A stretch of 64,000 nt of DNA. Source: Frankiaceae bacterium (GTDB lineage Bacteria > Actinomycetota > Actinomycetes > JADGOV01). Below, piece by piece: positions 21,506 to 30,173 of the stretch. Both the position numbers and the translations under genes were made by a program. Below the pieces are notes generated by a model. The model was given only the letters and a program-made list of their open reading frames with translations, was not told the DNA's origin and did no database searches. The stretch spans positions 1,521 through 65,520 of the forward strand of contig JADGOV010000004.1 in assembly GCA_017882785.1 (NCBI GenBank), written 5' to 3'. Each line of letters starts with the position of its first letter. The stretch's first letter is position 1.

Positions 21506-22982
21506 GAGTGCCGTCCTTCATGTCGCCGTCCTTCATCTGAGGAGCCACGTCGAAGGCCGCGGAGGCCGGGGTGCTCTCCCGCAGCACCTCCAGTGGCTCG
21601 GCGTAGGTCGTGCCGGTGGCCGTGCCGTGCACGCGGGCCTGGGCGATGAGCAGATCCTCGGCCAGGTAGTCGCGTTGGCCGATCTGGGACGCGAAGGCCG
21701 CCAGCAGAGCGATCTTTCGGGACATCACCGAGCCCACGTCGACGAAGCGGGTTGGGCGGAAGTCCACGGTCGCCGAAGGCGAACGGTAGCCGTACACCCG
21801 GCCGACCCGTCGGGTGGCGATCATCGCCGCCGAGTGCACCGCCCGGTGGTCCTGGTGGTGATCGTGGCTGGAGTGCACGTAGACGATGGTCGGGCGTACC
21901 GCAGCCACGACCTCCTCCACCACGTCGATCGTGGGCCGGCCCTCCGGGATCGCCGTGTCCGGCAGCTCGCCGAGGTAGAGGCGAGCGTCCAACAGCGCGG
22001 CGGCGCGCACCGACTCCTCCTGGCGCCGCGCCGGGTCGCCGCCGGTGGCCCCCGCGCTCATCGTCAGCACCGTGACCTCGTCGGCCTGCGCTGCGTGCAC
22101 GAGCAGCGCGCCGCCCGCGCCGATCTCCACATCATCCGGATGCGCACCGATGGCGAGCACCCGTTCCCGTCTGTCCTGGAAACGGGAAATCGCCCGCTGC
22201 ACAGCCTCGACCAACGCGGCGGGACGAATGGGCTTGGCCACGAAGTCGGCCGCGCCGGCGCGCATCGCCTCCACCGCGGTGGACATTCGGGCGTCGCCGG
22301 TCACGAGCACGGTCGGCAGCCCGGGCCGGGCTGCCTGCACGGCGGCGGCGAGTTCGAGGCCGTTGCGGCCGCTCATGTGGATGTCGGACACCACCGCATC
22401 ACAGACGCTCCCATCCCCGAGGGCGAGCAGCGCCTCTTCCGCGCTGGCCAGTGCGGTCACGGAATACCCACCCCGCTGGGTGAGCACCAACTCGAGCAGA
22501 CGCCGCAGATCAGGGTCGTCGTCGGCCACGATCACGCGGCCCCGCCGTTCCCGAGCCAGCCGGACGAGGTCGGCCGCGGCCACCACCGGCTCGCCGGAAC
22601 TCTCCCTGTGACGGCGCAGGAGGGCCTCGATCCGGGCCAGCAACTCATTCGCCCGGTAGGGCTTGGTCAGGTAGTCGTCGGCGCCGGACCGCAGGCCGCG
22701 GACGACGTCGCTGGGCCCGCCCTCCGCGGTGAGCATGATCACCGGCACGTCGCTGTGTCGGCGCACCCGCTGCAGCACCTGCCAGCCGTCCAGCTCCGGC
22801 AACCCGACATCGAGCACCACCAGATCCGGCTGCTCCTCCAGGACCGCCTGCAGCCCGGAGCGCCCGTCCTGCCGCGAGAACGTCTGGTAGCCATGCTCAG
22901 TGAGAAGCAACTCCAGCGCGCGGCGGATGTCGGCGTCGTCCTCGATGAGTACCACCCGCGCAGGTGACTGTCCGCCCGCCAT
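21492..22982 (-). CDS. Dual-receiver response regulator fused to a PIG-L/LmbE-family N-acetylglucosaminyl deacetylase domain (REC-REC-LmbE).
   Basis: REC1 is VVLIEDD…VVLDVGLPELDG…LTKPY. REC2 is VIVADDD…VVSDIHMSG…VAKPI. The C-terminal domain carries AIGAHPDDVEIGAGG and HSSHDHHQDH zinc-deacetylase motifs. The ATG at 22982 overlaps the histidine-kinase stop (ATGA). Confidence 0.75.
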   Translation of the reverse strand: MAGGQSPARVVLIEDDADIRRALELLLTEHGYQTFSRQDGRSGLQAVLEEQPDLVVLDVGLPELDGWQVLQRVRRHSDVPVIMLTAEGGPSDVVRGLRSGADDYLTKPYRANELLARIEALLRRHRESSGEPVVAAADLVRLARERRGRVIVADDDPDLRRLLELVLTQRGGYSVTALASAEEALLALGDGSVCDAVVSDIHMSGRNGLELAAAVQAARPGLPTVLVTGDARMSTAVEAMRAGAADFVAKPIRPAALVEAVQRAISRFQDRRERVLAIGAHPDDVEIGAGGALLVHAAQADEVTVLTMSAGATGGDPARRQEESVRAAALLDARLYLGELPDTAIPEGRPTIDVVEEVVAAVRPTIVYVHSSHDHHQDHRAVHSAAMIATRRVGRVYGYRSPSATVDFRPTRFVDVGSVMSRKIALLAAFASQIGQRDYLAEDLLIAQARVHGTATGTTYAEPLEVLRESTPASAAFDVAPQMKDGDMKDGTRALT

Positions 22983-24247
22983 CACCGGGCCTGCCACAAC
23001 GGAATCCGGATGCCGATGGTCGTGCCGACTCCGAGCTCGCTGGACATGGTGATCTGGCCACCGTGCCGGGACACGATCACCCGGGAGATCAGCAGTCCCA
23101 TGCCGGTACCGGGGATGCCCTCGGTCCGGGTGTTCGAGGCCCGGAAGACGTCGTGGAAGATCCGGTCCTGCTCCGCAACGGGGATGCCGATGCCGGTGTC
23201 CGCCACGTCGAGGGCCCATTGGGCACCCTCGCGCCTGGACCGCAGGCTCACCCGTCCCCCGGCAGGGGTGTACTTCACCGCGTTACCGACCACGTTGTCG
23301 AGAACCTGGGCCATTCGCTCCCGATCGACCTCGCTGCGAAGGCCGTCCTCGACCTCGTCCCCGACAAGGTCAAGGCCCTTCCGCTCGCTATAGGCGGCGC
23401 GGTGCCGCAACGCGTCGCGGGCCAGCTGACCTGTATCCACACTGGCCAGCCGCAGCGGCTCGTCCTCCCATTCCAGGGAGGCGATGAGCCGCAGATCCTC
23501 GACCAACCGGATGAGCCGCCGGGCGTTGCGCTCGATGACCTCGACGTATTCGGCCACAGCCGGGTCGGAGGTGCCGTCCAGGGACTCCGCCAGCAGTTCG
23601 GCGAAGCTCACCACCGAGGTGAGCGGCGTGCGCAGTTCGTGGGAGATCATCCGGGCCAGACCGGGCTCGCCGGGCTCGCCACGGCCGGCCGGCTCGTCCA
23701 AGCCGTAGATCACCAAACCCTGCACGGCCGGCTCGTCCCGCAGGTCGCGCACCACGGTGCGCAGGCTGCGGTAGCCGCCGTCGCGGTGGCGCACCCGCAG
23801 CGTGAACGGGGCGCTCGCGGCCGGCGGATCGCTGAGCTGACGTACCAAGCCGGCGCGGTCGTCCGGATGAACGAGCTCAAGCACTTCCACCGGAGGCTGA
23901 TCCTGCGGATAACTCAGCGTCTGCATCCCTTGCGAGGACAGCCATTGCCAGTTTCCGTCGGCGTCCAGCAGTCCGACCAACGCGGGGATCTGGTCGAGAA
24001 CGACCGCGCGCAGCCGATCGCTCGCGTCACCCGCCCCGATCTGCTCGGCCAGCGGGTGGCCACCGTCGGCCGCCAGAGCCACGGACGACCTCGGTGGTCC
24101 GGGGACGCCCGAGGGTGCCGAATCCGCCCCCGCCGGCGAGGACTGGCGCGGCACCGTCCGAGACGACGGAACATCCGAGGTCGGCTGCAGAGCCTGCAGA
24201 GCGCTCGGGTCACGGCTCGGGTCGGGGGTCACGTTTGGCACGCGCAC
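22982..24247 (-). CDS. Cytoplasmic PAS-domain sensor histidine kinase.
   Basis: A PAS region is followed by the HisKA H-box MISHELRTPLTSV and HATPase_c (N, G1 DTGIGI, G2 GTGMGL). No TM segments are present. It is translationally coupled to the downstream response regulator. Confidence 0.8.
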   Translation of the reverse strand: MRVPNVTPDPSRDPSALQALQPTSDVPSSRTVPRQSSPAGADSAPSGVPGPPRSSVALAADGGHPLAEQIGAGDASDRLRAVVLDQIPALVGLLDADGNWQWLSSQGMQTLSYPQDQPPVEVLELVHPDDRAGLVRQLSDPPAASAPFTLRVRHRDGGYRSLRTVVRDLRDEPAVQGLVIYGLDEPAGRGEPGEPGLARMISHELRTPLTSVVSFAELLAESLDGTSDPAVAEYVEVIERNARRLIRLVEDLRLIASLEWEDEPLRLASVDTGQLARDALRHRAAYSERKGLDLVGDEVEDGLRSEVDRERMAQVLDNVVGNAVKYTPAGGRVSLRSRREGAQWALDVADTGIGIPVAEQDRIFHDVFRASNTRTEGIPGTGMGLLISRVIVSRHGGQITMSSELGVGTTIGIRIPLWQAR

Positions 24248-24273
24248 GGCCTGAGCCGGCGTGCCTGCCTTGG

Positions 24274-24354
24274 CCCTGCCATGACAGTGTCTTCGGCCCG
24301 CGTCGGGCCGGCCTGAAGCGAAGCGGGCTCGCCAGTGAGCCGCTGCCTACGAGG
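24274..24354. repeat. Copy A of a conserved ~80-nt element (core CAGTGTCTTCGGCCCGCGYCGGRCCGGCCTGAAGC).
   Basis: It shares a 36-nt core (2 mismatches) and a similar 3' tail with copy B at 27617..27703. It contains a GGCCCG-cgt-CGGGCC hairpin. It lies 27 nt upstream of the histidine-kinase start (minus) and about 217 nt upstream of the GT4 gene (plus). Confidence 0.5.
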
Positions 24355-24570
24355 AGAAAGTCGCGAGACCTGCTGCCCGTGAACGGCCATTGCGGCCCGG
24401 CGGCAAGCTGAGAAGCTGCCGATGAACGGCTGCTATCGTGGGGTCCTGGAATATGATTAGCAGATTCGCACAATGAGGTTCGGATCTTTTCTGGACGTCT
24501 CCCCCCAGCCCGGGCAGCTATCCATTACAGCCCTGCTGGCGGGACATTGGTTCCGGGAGACGTGGTGGGA

Positions 24571-26121
24571 ATGCGCATTCTGATATTCCATGGCTACCTC
24601 CTGCGGGGCACAGGAAGTAATATCTACAATACGGAGCTGGCCCGGTGGCTGGTCGATCTCGGCCACGAGGTACATCTGTTGTGCCAGGAAAGGCACGCGG
24701 CGGAATTCGATTTCGTGGATGCCGTCGGCCGCTGGCGTCACGGGCGGCTGGACGTCGAGGTCACGCGCCGTCCGGTCCGCTGTACTGCTTACCTCCCGGA
24801 CATCGGCGGCCTCCTGCCGGTCTATGTGGCCGATCACTACGAGGGATTCGACGCGCGCCCCTTTCCGGAGCTGACAGACGGTCAGATCGAACATTACATC
24901 GCGGCAAACACCGCCGCCGTTCGCGACGTCGTCGCGGCGGTCGAGCCGGACGGGGCCCTCGCGAACCACCTGGTGATGGGCCCGGTGATCCTGGCCCGCG
25001 CGCTGGCTGGCCGCGTCCCCTATGCGATCAAGATCCACGGTTCGGCCCTCGAGTACACCGTCCGGCCCAACGTCGGACGATTCGGCTCCTACGCCCGCGA
25101 GGGCCTGGCGGGAGCAACCGGGGTCCTCGTCGGCTCACGCCATACCGCCGAGAGCCTGTGGGAGGTCGTCGGTCTGCCGGACCTTCCGGCTCGCACCCGG
25201 CTCCTCCCGCCAGGTGTCGACGTCCGCAGGTTCCACCCCCGCCCGCCCGGGGAGGCCAAGGATGGGTTGCGTGCGCTGGCAGCACGCGTGGAGGCGGACC
25301 CGCCCACCTGGGGCGGGGAAGCCGACGCGGCGCAAGCCATCAGGGCAGCCGACCCCACCCGGGATCGGATTGTCAGCTATGTCGGGAAACTCATCGCCTC
25401 GAAGGGCGTGGACCTGCTCATTGCGGCCTGGCCACTGGTCATCGACCGCGCTCCTGACGCCCGCCTCATGATCGCCGGCTTTGGCGCCTATCGTCACGCG
25501 CTGCTCCAACTCGCCCGCGCCCTGGGCGAGGGCGATCTGGCGGCCGCGCGGGTCATCGCCAGCCGCGGACGGGAACTGGAAGGAGGGCCTCCGGGGGAGC
25601 TTCGCTACCTGGCCGCGTTCCTCGATGGCCTCACCGGCGCGGAGCAAGAACGCTACCTGAACGCCTCCCCGGCCGCTATGCGGCGTATCCATTTCACCGG
25701 GCGGATCGAACACGATGATGTCTCCGAACTCATGTGCGCGTCCCAGGCGGTGGTCGTCCCGAGTACATTCCCGGAGGCTTTCGGCATGGTCCTCGCAGAA
25801 GCCGCGTGTTGCGGGGCGATGCCGCTGTCGGCAGCCCACTCGGGGCTCGCGGAGGTGACTGAGGTGCTAGCGCCCGCATTGCGTAAGGACCTGCGCCCTC
25901 AGCTGTCCTTCCAGCTGGGCCCCGGCGCCGTGCGGGAGATCGCCGATAAGCTGGCTTGTTGGCTGTCGTTCACTGCGAACACACCGAATGCCTGGAGACA
26001 GGCCCGCGAGGACCTGGCCGATCTTGCCTGCGCCCAGTTTGGCTGGCAGGAAGTGGCCAAGGGTGTCGCGGCGGCCGCCCGGGGCCAGCTCGGCGGGCTG
26101 CCGCCCGTGCCCGTGGACTGA
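24571..26121 (+). CDS. GT4-family (GT-B) glycosyltransferase.
   Basis: ATG at 24571. MRILIFHGYLLRGTGSNIYNTELARWLVDLGHEVHLL opens the N-domain; the C-domain contains EAFGMVLAEAACCGAMPL (E-x7-E region). 516 aa. Confidence 0.8.
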   Translation: MRILIFHGYLLRGTGSNIYNTELARWLVDLGHEVHLLCQERHAAEFDFVDAVGRWRHGRLDVEVTRRPVRCTAYLPDIGGLLPVYVADHYEGFDARPFPELTDGQIEHYIAANTAAVRDVVAAVEPDGALANHLVMGPVILARALAGRVPYAIKIHGSALEYTVRPNVGRFGSYAREGLAGATGVLVGSRHTAESLWEVVGLPDLPARTRLLPPGVDVRRFHPRPPGEAKDGLRALAARVEADPPTWGGEADAAQAIRAADPTRDRIVSYVGKLIASKGVDLLIAAWPLVIDRAPDARLMIAGFGAYRHALLQLARALGEGDLAAARVIASRGRELEGGPPGELRYLAAFLDGLTGAEQERYLNASPAAMRRIHFTGRIEHDDVSELMCASQAVVVPSTFPEAFGMVLAEAACCGAMPLSAAHSGLAEVTEVLAPALRKDLRPQLSFQLGPGAVREIADKLACWLSFTANTPNAWRQAREDLADLACAQFGWQEVAKGVAAAARGQLGGLPPVPVD

Positions 26122-27426
26122 TGAGGGTTCGCGCACGAATGACTCTCGTTTGGCTGGTACAAGCGATCGGCCGTGCGGACCGGAAATCAGGAAGAAGGGG
26201 TCAGTCTTCCCAGCGGCGAGGATGTACCAGGCGGTCGCCCCGGTGTGCAGCGACGCGTAGTAGGAGCCGCCGCCGCAGTCGCTGAGCCCGTTCCTCGAGG
26301 CCGATATGATGCCGAGGCCGTCGCTGTTCGGCCCGTGCGCCTGGGCATGGTAGATGTCCGACAAGTACTCTGCTGCCCTTGCGCCGTCCCCGGGACCGCC
26401 GCGCAGTTCAAGCGCGTCAGCGAGGTGCGCGGTTCCCTCGAACCAGACGCCCGTACGGTCTCCACCGCAGAAGCTCACGCCGCTGAAACCGCCGGCGGAG
26501 ACGGCGAGGTTCCGCACATCCCAACCGACCGATGCGGCGTAGCCGGGATCTCGCAAGGCGAGATATGACCAGCTGTTGACATCTTCGGGAGTCACACTGT
26601 CGTTGGGGGTCTTCCCGTCGCTGGTTGTTCCGATGTAGAACCGGCCTTGCCGTGCGTCCCACACCCCCGCGACGAAGCGTCTCGCCCACGCCGCCCTGAC
26701 CGACCAGGCCGGGTCGCGCGTCTTCATGGCAAGCAGGCTGAAGAAGGCGTAGAGGTCGATGTTGTGCTCGGCGGACTTCCATTCGATCTTCTGGCCGTTC
26801 GCCGACTCGCCGCCCGTGTACCCGCCCGGCCCCCGCGTGTCGTGGCAGTGGGCCTGGACCCAGTTCCCGATCGCTTCCGCTCCCGTGAGGTAAACCCTCC
26901 GGCCGGTGGCCGCGTAGAGCTGGACAAGGGCCTGGCCGGCCCACGCCATGGCTCCTACGTGGCTGGCCGCGTCGGTGACCGTCACATCGCTCGGGCTGCG
27001 CAGTGGGGCTGGCGAGTACGCGGCGCGAACGCGGCCGTCATGCTGCGGATCGTGCGCCTGCACATACAGCAGCCCGTTGCCGATGACCTCTGCCCTGGAC
27101 CGTCCGCCCGGGGTGCCTGCCGCCAGGTACGCATCGACGAGGAGCGCGTCGTCGTAGGTCTCCGAGGCCGTGAAGTGCTGCTGTCCGAGAACGCCCCCGG
27201 TGAAGCTCTGCACGAGGCGTGGGGTCGAGCCTGCGGCGTACTTGTCCATCATCTGGCTGAGGAACGAATAAGCATCCGCGACGCTGCTCTGCAGCTGCCT
27301 GGCCGGAACCTGCGCGGGCGGGCCCGCGGCGCCTCGATCCCCGGCTGGGGCGCAGCCCACGATGCCGGCCGTGGTTGCGGCCAGCACGGCTGCCACGGCA
27401 GCACCCGCCAGGTCGACCCGACTCAT
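25867..27426 (-). CDS. Secreted lipoprotein, possibly an (alpha/alpha)6-type glycoside-hydrolase-like protein.
   Basis: ATG at 27426 with GGGAGAG upstream. Signal peptide plus lipobox MSRVDLAGAAVAAVLAATTAGIVGC. The body is rich in W/Y/D/G. The last ~85 codons overlap the convergent GT4 3' end and look non-protein-like, so a frameshift or mis-called end is possible. Confidence 0.5.
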   Translation of the reverse strand: MSRVDLAGAAVAAVLAATTAGIVGCAPAGDRGAAGPPAQVPARQLQSSVADAYSFLSQMMDKYAAGSTPRLVQSFTGGVLGQQHFTASETYDDALLVDAYLAAGTPGGRSRAEVIGNGLLYVQAHDPQHDGRVRAAYSPAPLRSPSDVTVTDAASHVGAMAWAGQALVQLYAATGRRVYLTGAEAIGNWVQAHCHDTRGPGGYTGGESANGQKIEWKSAEHNIDLYAFFSLLAMKTRDPAWSVRAAWARRFVAGVWDARQGRFYIGTTSDGKTPNDSVTPEDVNSWSYLALRDPGYAASVGWDVRNLAVSAGGFSGVSFCGGDRTGVWFEGTAHLADALELRGGPGDGARAAEYLSDIYHAQAHGPNSDGLGIISASRNGLSDCGGGSYYASLHTGATAWYILAAGKTDPFFLISGPHGRSLVPAKRESFVREPSSVHGHGRQPAELAPGGRRDTLGHFLPAKLGAGKIGQVLAGLSPGIRCVRSERQPTSQLIGDLPHGAGAQLEGQLRAQVLTQCGR

Positions 27427-27616
27427 CGCCACTCTCCCGCCGTGGTCGTGGCGGTGAAGGTGGCCGGCGTCGATCTCACGCTTCTGGGGAGGCGCGGTGA
27501 CGCCTGCCTCCGCCGCCAGCCGCCGAGGCCCGTGGGACGGTTGCTGTCCCCTTGGCGTCCCTGGTGAGAGCCGGGGCGGTCGTCCTCGGCCGTGACGGTC
27601 AGGCTCAGCGCAACGC

Positions 27617-27703
27617 CCCCTGCCTCGGCCCCGCCAGTGTCTTCGGCCCGCGCCGGACCGGCCTGAAGCAGGGGGCCTGCCAGCGAGCTGCTACGAACCG
27701 AGG
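27617..27703. repeat. Copy B of the conserved ~80-nt element.
   Basis: CCCCTGCC…CAGTGTCTTCGGCCCGCGCCGGACCGGCCTGAAGC…CTGCCAGCGAGCTGCTACGAACCGAGG. It lies immediately downstream of the yggT stop and about 190 nt upstream of the lipoprotein gene start, both on the minus strand. Confidence 0.5.
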
Positions 27704-27981
27704 TCGGCGACCACTGTCCGGAGGATGTTCACCAGGATGAACAGCACGAGGAAGGCCAGATCCAGCGCGACCCCGCCGATCCGCAGGGGTGGAATGATCC
27801 GTCGCAGCAGTCGCAGCGGTGGATCTGTGATCGAGTAGGTGATCTCCAAGACGATCACCATCACCCCGGTCGGCCGATAGCTGCGGGAGAGTTGGAAGAC
27901 CCACTCCATGACGAGCCGGAAGATCAGCAGGAGCAGGAAGATCAGCAGAGCGTCGCTCAACAGGCGAGCCACCAGTGCCAC
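27691..27981 (-). CDS. YggT-family small membrane protein (cell-division cluster).
   Basis: GTG at 27981 with GGGAGG upstream. VALVARLLSDALLIFLLLLIFRLVMEWV… is typical of YggT/YlmG. It lies downstream of sepF. Confidence 0.6.
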   Translation of the reverse strand: MALVARLLSDALLIFLLLLIFRLVMEWVFQLSRSYRPTGVMVIVLEITYSITDPPLRLLRRIIPPLRIGGVALDLAFLVLFILVNILRTVVADLGS

Positions 27982-28045
27982 GAAAGTACGGCCTCCCTGC
28001 AGACCCGCAAATGGTGGCGGGGAACGCCACCTGCCTTCCTCCAGG

Positions 28046-28552
28046 CTAGCTCTGGTTGAAGAAGCCACCTTCGGCGATGCGCTGCTTGTCCTCGGCGGTG
28101 ATCTGAACGTTGGCCGGCGACAGGAGGAAGACCTTGGCTGTCACCCGCTCGATGCTGCCGCGCAAGCCGAAGATCAACCCCGCGGCGAAATCGACGAGGC
28201 GCTTCGCGTCGTTATCGTCCATCTCGGAGAGGTTCATGATGACCGGCGTGCCTTCGCGGAAATGCTCACCGATGGTCCGCGCCTCGTTGTAGGTGCGGGG
28301 GTGCAGTGTGGTGATCCGCTGAGGCGGGCGCTCCACCTTGGCGCCAGGCTCGACGGTGCGGACCGCGGTCGCCACTCCCGCGGGACGGGAATCCTCCAGG
28401 CGGCGCACGCTGCCAGCCCGAGGGGCGGGGTCCTCAGCGGCACGCCGAGGGTGTTCGCCGCTCTCGGCCTCGTCGAGGTCGACATCGTACCGATCGTCGT
28501 CATCCTCGACCAGGCCGAGGTAGACCGCCATCTTTCGCATCGCGCCGGGCAT
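28046..28552 (-). CDS. sepF: Cell division protein SepF.
   Basis: M(P)[16 protein letters not shown]… at the N-terminus and the conserved C-terminal SepF domain (…[26 protein letters not shown]…). Confidence 0.85.
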   Translation of the reverse strand: MPGAMRKMAVYLGLVEDDDDRYDVDLDEAESGEHPRRAAEDPAPRAGSVRRLEDSRPAGVATAVRTVEPGAKVERPPQRITTLHPRTYNEARTIGEHFREGTPVIMNLSEMDDNDAKRLVDFAAGLIFGLRGSIERVTAKVFLLSPANVQITAEDKQRIAEGGFFNQS

Positions 28553-28654
28553 GCTCGCGGGTCCTCCGGCTTCTCGGTGCTGGGTGTACCTGTGTGTACA
28601 AATATTGGTGCGAATGTCGGCGCCTACTGGGGGTCCAACTGCGTGCCGCCGACC

Positions 28655-29410
28655 TTATCCCAGGAGCATAGGCGGACGGCTTCCGAAGACTGCTGTTCCG
28701 ACACGCACAAGCGTGGCGCCGCAGGCGATGGCCGCCTCCAGGTCGGCACTCATCCCGGCCGAGATCGTGGCGGCGCTCGGGTGGTTCGCCCGCAGCCGGG
28801 CAGAGACGTCGGCGAGCACTGCGAAGGCCGCCACCGGGTCGGCACCGAGGGGCGCAACAGCCATCACGCCGCCGAACCGCAGCGAGGCCGCGGCGGCGAT
28901 CCGGTCGGCCAGCGCCGGAACGTCGGCAGGGGCGGCCCCGCCACGGCCCGGCCGACCGGTTCCAGCGCCCAGATCGACAGGGTCCAGGCTGACTTGGACG
29001 AGCGCGCGCACCTGGCGTCCGGCGCGGTCCGCGCCGCGTGCGAGCGCGTCGATGAGGTCCGGTCGGTCGAGGGAGTGCACGACGGCCGCGTACCGGGCGA
29101 CCGAAGCTGCCTTGTTGCGCTGCAGGCGCCCCACGAAGTGCCAGCGCACGTCAAGATCGGCCAGCTCTGCTGCCTTGACCCTCGCCTCCTGGTCACGGTT
29201 CTCCCCCAGGTCGTTGATCCCCAGGGCGACGGCGACCCGGATGTCGGTGGCCGGGAAGGTCTTCGAGACCGCCACCAGGGTCACCTCCGCCGGATCGCGA
29301 CCGGCGTCGGCGCAGGCCGCGGCGATCCGCGCACGCACGGCGCGCCATCCCCGCAGGATCTGCTCCCGCCGAATCTGCTCCTCGGTGCTGGTCTGCTCGC
29401 CGCCGCTCAC
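28655..29410 (-). CDS. YggS-family pyridoxal-phosphate homeostasis protein.
   Basis: GTG at 29410. …AEVTLVAVSKTFPA…GENRDQEA…WHFVGRLQRNK… is the alanine-racemase-N-like YggS fold. Confidence 0.8.
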   Translation of the reverse strand: MSGGEQTSTEEQIRREQILRGWRAVRARIAAACADAGRDPAEVTLVAVSKTFPATDIRVAVALGINDLGENRDQEARVKAAELADLDVRWHFVGRLQRNKAASVARYAAVVHSLDRPDLIDALARGADRAGRQVRALVQVSLDPVDLGAGTGRPGRGGAAPADVPALADRIAAAASLRFGGVMAVAPLGADPVAAFAVLADVSARLRANHPSAATISAGMSADLEAAIACGATLVRVGTAVFGSRPPMLLG

Positions 29411-29417
29411 CGGCGGC

Positions 29418-30173
29418 TCACCGGCGGACCACGACGCCCGCAAAGCGACCCGTGACCCCGGAGCGTCGGTAGGAGTAGAACCGCTCGTCCTCCGCGGTAC
29501 AGACCGCCTCACGGTGCACCTGCCGCACACCGAGACCGCGCAGGACCGTCACCGCGGTCCGCGGCAGGTCCAGCGACGGCGTGCCCCACCGGGTGGTCGA
29601 CACGCTCTGTGGCACCCATCCCGCGACCTGCGCTTGCAGGTCAGCCGGCACCTCGTAGCAGCAGCCCCCGACTGCCGGGCCGATGGCGGCCACCACTGCT
29701 GTCGGTTCACTCCCGTACGCGGCCATGGCGGCCACACACCGCGCCAGCACACCGGCCACCAGCCCGCGGCGCCCGGCATGGGCCGCCGCCACCACGCCGG
29801 CCACCGGGTCGGCGAGCAGGACCGGCACACAATCCGCGACGAGCACGCCGAGGGCGACCCCGGGGCGGTTGGTGACCAGCGCATCGCAGGTCGGAGTGAC
29901 CTCAGCGCCAGGCGGGTCGGCCCCCACGACGTGCACCGTCGCGCCATGCACCTGCCGGCCGAAGTGCACCCCGTCCACCCCGAGCCAGCTCGCGATGGCC
30001 GCTCGGTTGGCCCCGACCGCGGCCGGGTCGTCACCGACCGCAGCAGCCAGGTTCAACTCTGCGTACGGCCCCGTGCTGCATCCGCCCCAGCGGGTGGTGA
30101 AGATGCCGGTGACGTCCTTCGGTAGCCGGGCTACCAGCGGTGCCAGTCCAGCCGGCGGTGAGGCGCCGGCCAC
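29418..30173 (-). CDS. pgeF: PgeF/YfiH family (laccase-domain) purine nucleoside phosphorylase / peptidoglycan editing factor.
   Basis: …TTRWGGCS…DALVTNRPGVALGVLVADCVPVLL…HAGRRG… are YfiH motifs. It lies immediately downstream of ftsZ. Confidence 0.8.
   Translation of the reverse strand: MAGASPPAGLAPLVARLPKDVTGIFTTRWGGCSTGPYAELNLAAAVGDDPAAVGANRAAIASWLGVDGVHFGRQVHGATVHVVGADPPGAEVTPTCDALVTNRPGVALGVLVADCVPVLLADPVAGVVAAAHAGRRGLVAGVLARCVAAMAAYGSEPTAVVAAIGPAVGGCCYEVPADLQAQVAGWVPQSVSTTRWGTPSLDLPRTAVTVLRGLGVRQVHREAVCTAEDERFYSYRRSGVTGRFAGVVVRR

Noticed and set aside
27605-28030. 141-aa minus-strand ORF overlapping yggT and the repeat element.
   Set aside because: Out of frame with the well-supported YggT reading frame. 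Its RPVRRGPKTL segment is just the translation of the conserved ~80-nt repeat; the same peptide appears in ORF 24210..24473.
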